A stretch of 64,000 bases of DNA from contig OZ024754.1 of the NCBI GenBank assembly GCA_964016885.1, forward strand, positions 22,320,001-22,384,000, read 5' to 3'. Positions 19,785 to 31,719 of the stretch are shown piece after piece. A program made the translations under genes and the position numbers. How positions within the stretch are numbered: the first letter of the stretch is position 1; each line of letters starts with the position of its first letter. The DNA is from Eledone cirrhosa. Lineage: Eukaryota. The notes below the pieces were generated by a model. It saw only the letters and a program-made list of their open reading frames with translations, did no database searches and was not told the DNA's origin.

Positions 19785-22700
19785 TGTTTCTTTATTAGCC
19801 ACAGGGGCACAAAAGAAGGGGACAAATACAAAGGGGGAAGTTTACATACAATAAAAACGTGTAAAATATTATCACAAATGCAATTTAAAAATTAGTCGAT
19901 TTTCCCCAATAGGGGGAGACAGTTCATATGGGTAACACATACCCCCGAAAAAATGTGCAACCCTCATTTCCAGGAGTACGAGAGTTTGTACTCCTTTCCT
20001 CTCCTCCTCCTTTTCCTCAACCTACAGGCTGATATAGAGAGAAGGCCCATTCACTCGGACCATTCTCGCCACTTTCACCCACCTTTCATAAAACTTACTG
20101 AGGTACAGCACCTCCCTCTCCATCCTGATTCTTCTTCCAAAGTGGTATTTGAAAAAAAGAATCAGTTGTTGGCCGGAGAGAAAGGTGTCTGACCTCAGCC
20201 CTTTCAACCTTGTCCACCATACAACCACTTTCGCCATAGCTATCACACAAAGGAAAACCGCCTCTCCTTCGTTTTTGAAGGAGGGTGTCGGTTTGATCAT
20301 GACAATGGACTCGGTGTTCAACCGGATTGGTCCCACCCGCGACAATAGTCGTTCTACATAGCCCCACAGGTCGGTGATGCCCGGGCAGTGTATGAATGCG
20401 TACGCGACGGTTTCTTCGTCTCGCATGCACCTCGGACAGATCTTTTTTGCAGGGTCCCTGCCCGGGCGCCCATGTCTGTAGAGCTTGTCTCGAACTGGTA
20501 GAGCTCCTCGGTAGCACTGCCAGGCCAGGGACTTTTGGAAGTTGTCCATCGGTCCCGGGCGGAAGGTCCTACCGAAAAGACTGGCCAGTTCATCTTCCTC
20601 TACGCCTAGAGTTTCACCGAGCGCGTTGTTGCACTTGCTGCGGATCAACCCTCTATAGAATGACGAAGTGGAGTCTCCACTGATCACCTGCCAGAGGGCT
20701 GTGAGCGCCTGAGCACATTCGATGTGCCAGTCGCCCATTTTCCTCGGTCTTTGCTTGACCCTGGACTGCAGCTCGGTCAGCGAGACGAGTCGTGGGAAGG
20801 CTCGCCTCACGAACGGGGCCCACACCGGTTGTCCGGTGAGGAATACGTAGAGATGCCGCAGCCTGAGCGCGTATTTGCGCACCATCAGCCACGGCATCCC
20901 CAGCCCTCCGTTGGAAGGGCGTTGGCAGCAGATGGATCTTCTCACCAAAGGAGCCCGCCTCTTCCAAAGGAATTGGAAGAGCGCGCGCCCCATATTGGCG
21001 AGCGTTTTGGCTGAACAAGGCACGATGGTCAAGCGGTAGTAGATGGCGGACGCTATAAAAGTGTTCGCCACCTCCGCTCGACCTTTCAACAATAGTTTGC
21101 ACTCGGCCCACTTCTGTGTGAGTGCAAACACCTTGGCCGACACCTCGTTCCAGTTCTTCTCCACCTGGAGGTCCGGACCAAACTAGACCCCGAGACGACA
21201 CCATCAGAAGGCATCGGTCTGCCTCTCCATGATCCGAGTTGCAAACCGATGGACTTGTCCCGGTTCAGCTTCGCTCCTGTGAACCTTTTGTATTCCTTAA
21301 GTAAGGTGCCGACTTCCTCGATTTGCAAGGCGCTCGACACCATTACTGTCACGTCGTCGGCATAGGCCGACGCCACTTTCCGCAGTCCCGGTTCCAGAGG
21401 GATGCCCTGCAATAGCTCCAACTTCCGCAGTAGTGGTTCGAGAGTCAATACATACAGAAGGGAGGAGAGAGGGCATCCCTGTCGAATGGATCGCGTGATA
21501 TGGAACAGTTCCGAGAGGTAGCCGTTCACCTTAACCCTTGAGCAGATGTTGCTGTTATGCATTGCAGCAATCCAGCCCCTGAACACGGGTCCGAAGCCTG
21601 CCGCCTCGAGCACCGCATCCAGGTAACGATGGTCAACACTATCGAAAGCCTTAGACTGATCCAAGTTGATCAGGGCCCCACCAAAGCCGGGTTTACACCC
21701 TACCCTCTCTATGATGTATCGCATGAGGTGGAGGTTGTCGTGTATGGACCTGGTCAGGATTGCGCATGTCTGCGCTTCTCCCACCAGGTTCTCCACGACA
21801 AGCGCCAGCCTCTTTGCCAACACCTTGGCCAAAATCTGTAACTCTGTGTTGAGCAGAGTTATGGGCCGGAAGTTGCCTATGTCATCCCCCTTATTCTTGT
21901 CCTTCCTGACTAGTGTGACTACGCCCCGGTCACAGAACTGGGAGTTCTCCCGTTCTGTTGCCAGTTGCAGTAGACCGCTTCCAGGAGACCGGAGAATAAG
22001 TCCGGCATTGCTACATAGAATTCGTAGGGTAGACCATCGAGACTTGGAGATTTGTGTTTGCTGCATTGGCTCAACGCGTCCACTATCTCTGAAATCTGCT
22101 TTTCGCAGAACTTTGCCTCGCTGTCCGAGAGTCGCGGTAGGCCGTCGAGGTATGGACCGAAATCCATAGCCCCTCCCGGCGCGCCGCCCTGCCCGAACAG
22201 CTGAGCAAAGTGCCGCTGAAAGGGCGCGCACATCTGCTTCGGCTCACGTATTACGCGTCCGTTTTGGTCCTTCAAAGACCGAATCGTGGACTTGTTGCCA
22301 CTTTTTGCCTCTGTCACTCGGACCCAGCTAACAGCTTTGGCTCCCTCGTTTCCCAGAGCATGTATTTTGCTTCTGACAACGCAGCCCTCATGCTTTGCGT
22401 CGAAGAACTGGTCCAAGGCCGTTCTTGTTGCTAGCACGCTGGCTACGTTGCCACTTCTAATTGCCTCTTCTACTTTATCTACCAGTTCTTTCTCGGTTCT
22501 ATTTCTATCTAACGCTAATTCTTTACTAAAAACTAACGAGTCTAATCTAACTGCCCTCTTGAGAGCGTACCACCATCTGTTGTTGACAATGGCCCCTATC
22601 AAGTGCTGTTTAACTAAAGTGCTAATCCGTTTACTGTAGGCTTTGCATGTCGGTAACAAGTTCAGCTTCCAGTAGCCGGGTCCTTGTCTATGGGTTCTAT

Positions 22701-23004
22701 CAAGGTTGACCATGCAGGTCACTAGTTTGTGATCTGAATAGGCAACCATGAACATTTGTGGACAGCTTAACATGTCCCTAATCTTATTTCTAACTAGAAC
22801 CCTATCTAGGTACGATCTAGATGTTCCACTGCGATTAGTCCACGTCCACAGTGGCACAGTCGGAAAATCTAGTCGATATCTATCGGCCGATTAACTGTTT
22901 GAGGATGTTACACACACACACACCCCCCTTTATCGAGACATGCTCCCACATAGTCCCAACGCGCATCTAGGATTCCATTCCAGTCCCCCACTAAAAGCAA
23001 GGAG
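19785..23004 (-). mobile_element. 5'-truncated Tx1/L1-clade LINE (endonuclease end, RT, C-terminal zinc-knuckle region), frameshifted
   Basis: ORFs 21919-22857 (YLDRVLV, SDHKLV, GPGYWKLN), 21086-22231 (FRPITLLN, LDQSKAFD, RQGCPLS, AYADD), 20022-21164 (GGLGMP, CPRC); AATAAA at the 3' end; 16-bp TSD cggaaagtgtaagata at 19769-19784 and 23005-23020. Confidence 0.93.
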
Positions 23005-23201
23005 CGGAAAGTGTAAGATAGATAGTCAATCATTCATATATATATATATATTATAATGAGTTGCGACCTGACGGCTGAGCTCTTGCCATTTCAACAGCTA
23101 GTTCCAGACTTTATAATATAATCATACTCTACCTCCCCAAGTATTGAGTACTCTGTTGAGTAATGGTCAAACCAGTTTCAAACTGAATCCATCCTGATAT
23201 A

Positions 23202-23276
<75 letters not shown>

Positions 23277-23330
23277 TAAATCACAGGAATACTTCAATTT
23301 TGTAATTGAAGGATTAACATTTATATAAAT

Positions 23331-23516
23331 AATTGTTTCTACTTTTGGCACAAGGCCAGCAATTACTCAGTGCATTACTGGTATTTTATTTTATCGACCC
23401 CGTAAGGATGAAAAGCAAAGTTAACCTCAGCTAGATTTGAACTCAGAATGGCAAGGGCCGTAACTCTATGCGTCAAAGCATGGCGTCCGACCCTCTACCG
23501 ATACTGCCAATCCACC
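23331..23516 (-). mobile_element. Meta-core SINE inserted at the axis of a palindrome
   Basis: Same SINE family; TSD ataaat at 23325-23330 and 23517-23522. Confidence 0.85.
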
Positions 23517-23985
23517 ATAAATGTTAATCTTTCTATTGTGAAATTGGTGTATTCCTGTGATTTATTTCTATATGAATACTCCAAGAATCACCTTCATTGT
23601 TTCCATGGTTGACACCATGGGAAAACTATGAAAAGTGATTCATATGTTGAGTCAAAACCCACTGTATGACACAGTCCCCGATTTCAAGTTACACAAATTC
23701 AAATAACGGAAACCAATCACTACTATAATCTCTCTCTTATATTGGTGTTAATACGAGGAAAAGAATCCATCCAATTGTAGAAAACCCATGCCAGCATGGA
23801 TGACAAGGATGATGATGATATTAATGTTTCTTGAAATGATGTTGATACAAATGAATTTAAAGTAATTCAACAGTTCTATATTGTAATTGTACAGCTGTTG
23901 ATTATCATAGCCAGTGCAAAGATTAAAGTGTCAAATCGGGGTCAAGTTTTGTGACTCACTTTGCTTCTAAATCAATAACTTTTAA

Positions 23986-26900
23986 TCCTTTTTATACCAA
24001 CTGCCTGAAACCAACCCTGGATCATCTAAGTATTTTCAAAATTTTTTTGAGTTCTGTTTCTGTCTCTTTTCTTCTTCTGGATTTAGCTAGGATATACTGA
24101 TCCTCTGCTATTAGACTCGTCATAGGTTCGTTGTCCATGCTGGCATGTGTTGGACTGTTGAAGTATAATGTAACATGTTCCATCATTTCAGTCTATTGAA
24201 CTTCTTCGCCCACTTATTCCTGGGAGGGTCGTGGGGACAGTCCTCAAACACTCTCCTTCTAGTGTGCTCTGTCTGAAGCAACCATCTCCAACTTATCTTG
24301 CTCAGGGTCTACCCATGGGTCTCCATTCGGTTGGTTTTGCCCATAAAATCTCTCCAGCAATTCTTTCTTTGTAATGTGGTTGATCTAGTGCCATGACAAA
24401 AACACCCAGTCCACTCTGTAAGGTGGTTGACATTGTTAGGAAGGGCATCTAGCTGTAGAAAACGAAGCCAAAAAGGGAGCGTATAAGTAAGACATGGTCA
24501 TCTGACCTGTCTCGACTTATAATACACAGTCTATCTAATCCATGCTTAGACTACTGACAATCATCTCTGCCTATGCTCCCCAAGCAGGCCTAGGTAAGGA
24601 AGAGAAAGACTGCTTTTATGAGCAACTTTTACAAACAGCTGCAATGACAGAGGACGGGGACATCATTATGCTAGCAGGGTACTTCAATGGTCATGTTGGA
24701 CAGCTCCAGGATGGTTACACTGGGGTACATGGTGGGCACGGTTACGGCTCAAGAAATGAAGGAGTGAGACTTCTTGAATTTTGTGATGCAAGTGCACTAA
24801 CCATTTGCAACAATAACTTCCAGAAACCTGCCAACCACCTAATAACCTACAAATCAGGCGAGCACATAAGCCAGGTTGACTTCTTACTAGTTAGGCAGCA
24901 GGACAGGCAGATGGTGTCAAATACCAAGGCTTACCCTGAGGAAGAATGTACCCCACAGCATAGGTTAGTCGTTAGTGATATCTCAGTAAGCAAGAGATGG
25001 AATGAGACATACAGGAAGGTGTGGAGAAGAAAGGTCTGGAAGCTAAAAGACCTTTCACTAAAAAAAAAATTTAGGAAAGCCCTTCAAGATGTGTATGACG
25101 AAAAAGATTTAGAGTCGTATGACATAGATGATAACTGGAATTTCTCACGTGACAACTTACTGCAGGCTACTGAAGAAACTTGTGGCTGGAGCAGAGCTCC
25201 AACCAGACAGAGAGTGACCTGGTGGTGGAACAGCACGGTAGATAGGGCCATTAGAGACAAAAGAATAGCATGGAATGCTTGGAAAAATGGTGGGAGTAGA
25301 AAAAGATATACAGCCACTAAGAGAGAAGCTAGACGTCAGGTGTACAGGGAGGCTGAGAGTAGGAGGTTTGCCAATGTTCTGCGATGGGAAGATCAGAGAC
25401 GTGCGGTGTTCCACATTGCAAGGCAGTGTGTCAGTGCAAATCAGGATGTTGTTGGAGATAAATGTGTCCGGGATGATGCTGGTGTACTTAGTGTCACGAA
25501 TGATCAGAAAAAGGAGGCCTGGAAATGTCATTATGAGAGACTGATGAATGTGGAGAACGAATGGGAGAGAGAGAAATTACACTCAGTAGATCCAACAGAG
25601 GGACCAGCTATTGAGATTGACGAATATAGGGCCCAAGAGGCGATTAAGGAAATGAAAAAAAAAGGGATAGTTTCTGAGATGCTGAAGGCATCGGGGACGT
25701 AGGCACTAAACTGGTTGCACGCATCATCAATCAGGCTATGTATGGTGGTGTCATACCCAAAGACTGCTGCAGCAGTCATAAATTGCTTCAAAGGTAAAGG
25801 GGATGCTCTGGAGAGGAGCAATTATAGGAGCATAAAACTGATGGATCAGGTTATGAAAGTGACAGAGAGAATATTAGCACAACTAATTAGAGAAAGGGTC
25901 AAACTAGATAAGATGCAGTTTGGTTTTGTACCTGGGAAAAGTACAACAGTGAGATAACTATAAGAAAGGTTCTTAGAGAAAAATAAGCCACTATACTTAG
26001 CTTTTGTTGACCTAGAGAAGGCCTTTGATAGGGTACCCCGATCTGTCATCTGGTGGTCCCTAAGGAAACTAGGTGTTGAGGAATGGCTTGTGAGGACAGT
26101 GAAAGCTTTGTACAAAGGTGCTGTCAGTAAAGTGAGGGTAGGAATGGAGTTTAGTGAGGAATTCCAGATACAAGTGGGAATACATCAGGGTTCAGTCCTC
26201 AGCCCGCTCTTGTTCATTATAGTCCTCCAAGCCATAATAGAGGAGTTTAAGACTGGCTGTCCATGGGAACTTCTCTATGCTGACGATCTGGTTCTTATAG
26301 CAGAATCAGTAGAGGAGCTAGAGAATAAATTCTGGCTATGGAAACAAGAGGACTGAGAGTGAACCTAGCTAAGACAAAAGTGTTGATGAGTAGAAAAGAG
26401 GACAAAACTCTGATTCCGTCAGGGAAATGGCCATGTTCGATACGCAGAAAAGGAACTGGCATAAATTCTATAAAATGTACCCAATGCAGATCCTGGGTAC
26501 ACAAGAGATGTAGCAGGATAGCAGGCAAACTAACATGTTGGAAGTAGATGTACAAGGAAATTTGACAGAAGTCGCAATGATAGACACATTTTTCAAATTC
26601 AGGTGGGTGCTATAGAAATGGTTGATTGCTTCCAGTACCTAGGTGATCAGATTAGCATGGGAGGGGCTGTTCTGAGTTCATAGTATCTAGAATAAGGATG
26701 GGCTGGAAGAAGTTTAGGGAGCTGCTTCCTCTGCTGCATATGAAAGGCCGGTTATATGATGCTTGTGTGAGATACGCGATGTTGCATGGTAGTGAGACAT
26801 GGGCAGCAACTGCAGAGGATATGCGATGGCTGGAGAGAAATGAGGCAAGTATGCTCCATTGGATGTGCAATGTCAATGTGCATGAACAACCGAGCATGGA

Positions 26901-27232
26901 TGTGTTGAGAGAGAAACTGGGTATAAGAGGGATAAGTTGTAGCATGAAGGAGAGGAGACTGCGATGGTATGTGATGCGCATGGAGGATGACCGATGGGTG
27001 AAAAAGTGCCAAGAAATGTCAGTTGAAGGAAGAGAACGAAAAACATGGGCAGAGGTGGTGAAAGCAGACTCAGATCGCTGAAGCTCACGGTGGAAATGAC
27101 GAAGGACCGTGACAAGTGGAGAGATGCTATGCTGAATAGGACCCGTCCCACCCAGCGGCGGTGATTTTTAAAGCAAATAGTTTAGCCATTGTAGAACCAA
27201 GGGTGGTTTCAGGCTGTTTGGTATTAAAAGAA
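23986..27232. mobile_element. TTAA-flanked piggyBac-like MITE shell containing nested RTE and SINE insertions
   Basis: Imperfect TIRs tcctttttataccaactgcctgaaaccaaccctgg / ccaagggtggtttcaggctgtttggtattaaaagaa, each bounded by TTAA (23982-23985, 27233-27236). Confidence 0.55.
24547..27152 (+). mobile_element. RTE-clade LINE (family A), 5'-truncated and disrupted
   Basis: ORFs 24542-25702 (ISAYAPQ, FNGHVG, SQVDFLL), 25715-25957, 26090-26356 (LLYADDL), 26698-27081. Confidence 0.93.
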
Positions 27233-27663
27233 TTAAGGTAATTTTCCCTGTTAAAACAGGAAGTAGCCTTGTGGGCCCCATGATTCACATTCTAGTACTG
27301 TAGAAAAAAATAACTGACTCCCATAAAAAGACCCTTACATGTCTTAAGGTCATAATGAATCATGACTAACTGTTAAGCCCAGTTGTGTATATAAAATAGA
27401 TCTTTATAGGTAATGAGTCATGGTGATAAATCAGTTACTTTGTGAATTTAATTGGTCTCACCAGTGAAAGTGATGTTACTAGTTGTTAACCAACGCCAGA
27501 TAAGTTGCTATCTCACATGAGTGTGAAAATAAGAGCAAACTATACTCAACTGCAGCTTTTCTTGTTTTAGTACTCAAGCTTTTACTAGGGATTTTAAATG
27601 TTCGTGTATTTGTGAGCAGATATATAGACACCTTGATGTTCTCATTCTTGATCCAGTGAAGTA

Positions 27664-29420
27664 TCCAGGATATGACTGATGGAATGAGGGCTACACCAGT
27701 ACTGGCCCAGGATATGACTGATAGATGGAAAGAGAGCTACACCAGTACTGGCCCAGGATATGACTGATAGACAAGGAAAGAGGACTACACCAGTACTGGC
27801 CCAGGATATGACTGATAGATGGAAAGAGAGCTACACCAGCACTGGTCCAGGATATGACTGATAGACAAGAAAAGAGAGCTACACCAGTACTGGCCCAGGA
27901 TATGACTGATAGACAAGGAAAGAGAGCTACACCAGTACTGGCCCAGGATATGACTGATAGACAAGGAAAGAGAGCTACACCAGTACTGGCCCAGGATATG
28001 ACTGATAGACAAGGAAAGAGAGCTACACCAGTACTGGCCCAGGATATGACTGATAGACAAGGAAAGAGAGCTACACCAGTACTGGCCCAGGATATGACTG
28101 ATAGACAAGAAAAGAGAGCTACACCAGTACTGGCCCAGGATATGACTGATAGACAAGAAAAGAGAGCTACACCAGTACTGGCCCAGGATATGACTGATAG
28201 ACAAGGAAAGAGAGCTACACCAGTACTGGCCCAGGATATGACTGATAGACAAGGAAAGAGAGCTACACCAGTACTGGCCCAGGATATGACTGATAGACAA
28301 GGAAAGAGGACTACACCAGTACTGGCCCAGGATATGACTGATAGATGGAAAGAGAGCTACACCAGTACTGGTCCAGGATATGACTGATAGACAAGGAAAG
28401 AGAGCTACACCAGTACTGGCCCAGGATATGACTGATAGACAAGGAAAGAGAGCTACACCAGTACTGGTCCAGGATATGACTGATAGACAAGGAAAGAGAG
28501 CTACACCAGTACTGGTCCAGGATATGACTGATAGACAAGGAAAGAGAGCTACACCAGTACTGGCCCAGGATATGACTGATAGACAAGAAAAGAGAGCTAC
28601 ACCAGTACTGGCCCAGGATATGACTGATAGACAAGGAAAGAGAGCTACACCAGTACTGGCCCAGGATATGACTGATAGACAAGAAAAGAGAGCTACACCA
28701 GTACTGGCCCAGGATATGACTGATAGACAAGGAAAGAGAGCTACACCAGTACTGGCCCAGGATATGACTGATAGACAAGGAAAGAGGACTACACCAGTAC
28801 TGGCCCAGGATATGACTGATAGATGGAAAGAGAGCTACACCAGTACTGGTCCAGGATATGACTGATAGACAAGGAAAGAGAGCTACACCAGTACTGGCCC
28901 AGGATATGACTGATAGACAAGGAAAGAGAGCTACACCAGTACTGGCCCAGGATATGACTGATAGACAAGGAAAGAGAGCTACACCAGTACTGGCCCAGGA
29001 TATGACTGATAGACAAGGAAAGAGAGCTACACCAGTACTGGCCCAGGATATGACTGATAGACAAGGAAAGAGAGCTACACCAGTACTGGCCCAGGATATG
29101 ACTGATAGATGGAAAGAGAGCTACACCAGTACTGGCCCAGGATATGACTGATAGACAAGGAAAGAGAGCTACACCAGTACTGGCCCAGGATATGACTGAT
29201 AGATGGAAAGAGAGCTACACCAGTACTGGCCCAGGATATGACTGATAGACAAGGAAAGAGAGCTACACCAGTACTGGCCCAGGATATGACTGATAGATGG
29301 AAAGAGAGCTACACCAGTACTGGCCCAGGATATGACTGATAGACAAGGAAAGAGGACTACACCAGTACTGGCCCAGGATATGACTGATAGACAAGGAAAG
29401 GGGGCTGCACCGGTACTGGG
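27664..29420. repeat. 48-bp minisatellite, about 36 copies, with 47-bp variants
   Basis: Unit ctacaccagtactggcccaggatatgactgatagacaaggaaagagag; merges into a Meta-core SINE remnant at 29420-29535. Confidence 0.97.
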
Positions 29421-30309
29421 TTGGTACTTCATCTTTACTGACCCCTAAAGATTGAAAGGCCTGGTTGATGTCAGTGAGCTTGTGATTCAAGCACAGAGAG
29501 CTGGCACAGATATTGCAATGTATTCTGCCAATTGACCATCAATATGTTGGTTGATTGTTATGATAGTACTGTAGAGATGTGAGGAAGAAGTGGGCAGGAG
29601 AGGATTGTCTACCCTTCTTACTGCTAACACTTTTGAAACTGACAGGGTCAAACTAGCTCTGGGGCTATAAAACAAAATCATTCATTGTATGTATGTATGA
29701 TAGTATCTGTGTCAAACAATGTATGTATATAGGTGTGTGTGTCAAGCACTATGTACAAATGATAGTATCTGTCCAATGCAGTGTATGTACATCTATGAAA
29801 CATAGTGTTTGTATGTATGAAAGTATCTGTCAAACTATGTATATGTGTATATGTATGAGTGTGTGTAGGTGTGTACGTATGTCAGACACTATGTATGTAT
29901 GATAGTATCTGTGTCAAACTGTGTGTGTGTGTGTGTCAAGCGCTATGTATAAATGATAGTATCTGCCAAATGCAACATGTGTGTAATGTTAATGGACATG
30001 AGTGAGCTGAGAAAAACTGGGAATAAAAAATAAGCTGCAGGGTATAAGAGAGTAGGCATCTATTTTATCTGTCTATCTATTTATCTTGTCTTATCTGTCT
30101 ATCTAATCTTTCTACCTTATTTAACAGTCTGTCTTATCTATCTATCTGTCTGTCTTATCTACCTATCTTAACCACCTTATCCAGCTGTCTTATGAGCCTG
30201 TCTACAACTCCCAATGTATGTTCTTTTGACAACAACAACAACAAACCACAAATCCCAATGACAGAAGACACATATGTAGAAGTCATTGAAAGTTAGTCAA
30301 TATGTGTTT

Positions 30310-30500
30310 AATAATTGTTTCTACCTTTGGCACAAGGCCAGCAATTACCCCAGTGTATTACTGGTACTTTATTTTATCGACCCCCGTAAGGATGAAAGGT
30401 AAAGTTAACCTCGGCGGGATTTGAACTCAGAACATAAAGAGCCATAACTCTATACTGCAAAGTATCGCGTCTGACGCTCTATCGATACTGCCAATCCATC
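30310..30500 (-). mobile_element. Meta-core SINE copy
   Basis: Same family sequence. Confidence 0.85.
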
Positions 30501-31079
30501 CATCGCTCTTTTTTTTTTTTACATTTATTTAAATCAATTGTATTATTTGTCTTCCGTGTTTTCTTTAATCATTTTTTAAAAAATCATTAAACCCCAAAGG
30601 GAGTTCAAATCCTGCCGAGGTTAACTTTGCCTTTGTAGAAACAATTATATATATTATTTTTATTTAAATTATCAATATTCAATTTTTTCTCATCATCATC
30701 ATCATCATCATCTTCGTTTAACGTCCATCTTCCACGCTAGCATGGGTTAGATGGGAGTTGTCCCACTTGAGGCAAGTTTGGTCGGGTGACCGTGTCTCAC
30801 TCATATAGGACTATCTGGCAAGTTTTCTACGGCTGGATGCCCTTCCTAACACCAACCACATTTACAGTGTAAACTGGGAACTTTTTAGCGTGTTACCTAC
30901 ACGGCCACATTACAGCGTGGACTGTGTGTTTTTTTTGTCGTGACACCTACACGACCTCATTTGTTTCGGGCTGGATGTTGTGGTACCAACATAACTTTGT
31001 AGAGAAGGGTGGTGTTGGCGGGAGTGGGGTAGTGGGTTCGGGTGTATGTTTGGTTTGGAGGGGCCTACTGACTGTAGGT

Positions 31080-31718
31080 TAACTTTGCACGTAGGGAAGG
31101 TGGGTCTTCTGTAATACTGCGTGGTGCCAAAGATCTCGAGCCAGTGACATTGTCTTAGAGAGGTGCAAGTGTGCAAGGTCAGAATTTATCATGTTGTCCC
31201 AGGTTTTTCTGGGTCTACCTACTCCATAACTTCCATCAATTTTGATCGCCCTGCACTTTTTTATACAGCTGTCATCTTTCATGTGCATCACGTGACCATA
31301 CCAACATAATCTTCTCTCGAGTAAACAGCATCTGATCCCTCTTATTCCTAATTTCTCACTTAGTTCGTTTATGTTTTGCCATTTGTGTTACATCTTACAA
31401 TCTGCCTTTCATTTTTAGAGAGAAACCTTTTGTGGCCAACAGCGGTATAAGCTCTCCGAACTTTTTACGTCCCGTTCTAACTCTGGCTACTGTACTTTCA
31501 GAGCACCCTCCACCATTGCTGATTTTGTCACCAGGTAATGGAAAGTGTCCACTATTTCTATGGAACCTTCTGGGCAGTAGAAGGAGTTAGTATCTTGTGG
31601 GCGCTGCCACTTATTGCACTTGAGCATCGGCCACATATAAAATCTACGTTCTGTGATCCCACTACATCTTTTATGTACCCATAGTTTGCATTTGGGACAT
31701 AGAATGGAATTTCTACCT
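31080..31718 (-). mobile_element. RTE family B 3' fragment with internal deletions
   Basis: Matches 5412-6050; ORF MKDDSCIKKCRAIKIDGSYGVGRPRKTW. Confidence 0.85.
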
Positions 31719-31719
31719 A

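Noticed and set aside
27785-29490. Repetitive ORFs (MTDRQGKRATPVLAQD)n and a CRISPR-like regular look
   Set aside because: Head-to-tail 48-bp minisatellite with no unique spacers; frame broken by 47-bp units; eukaryotic context with no cas genes
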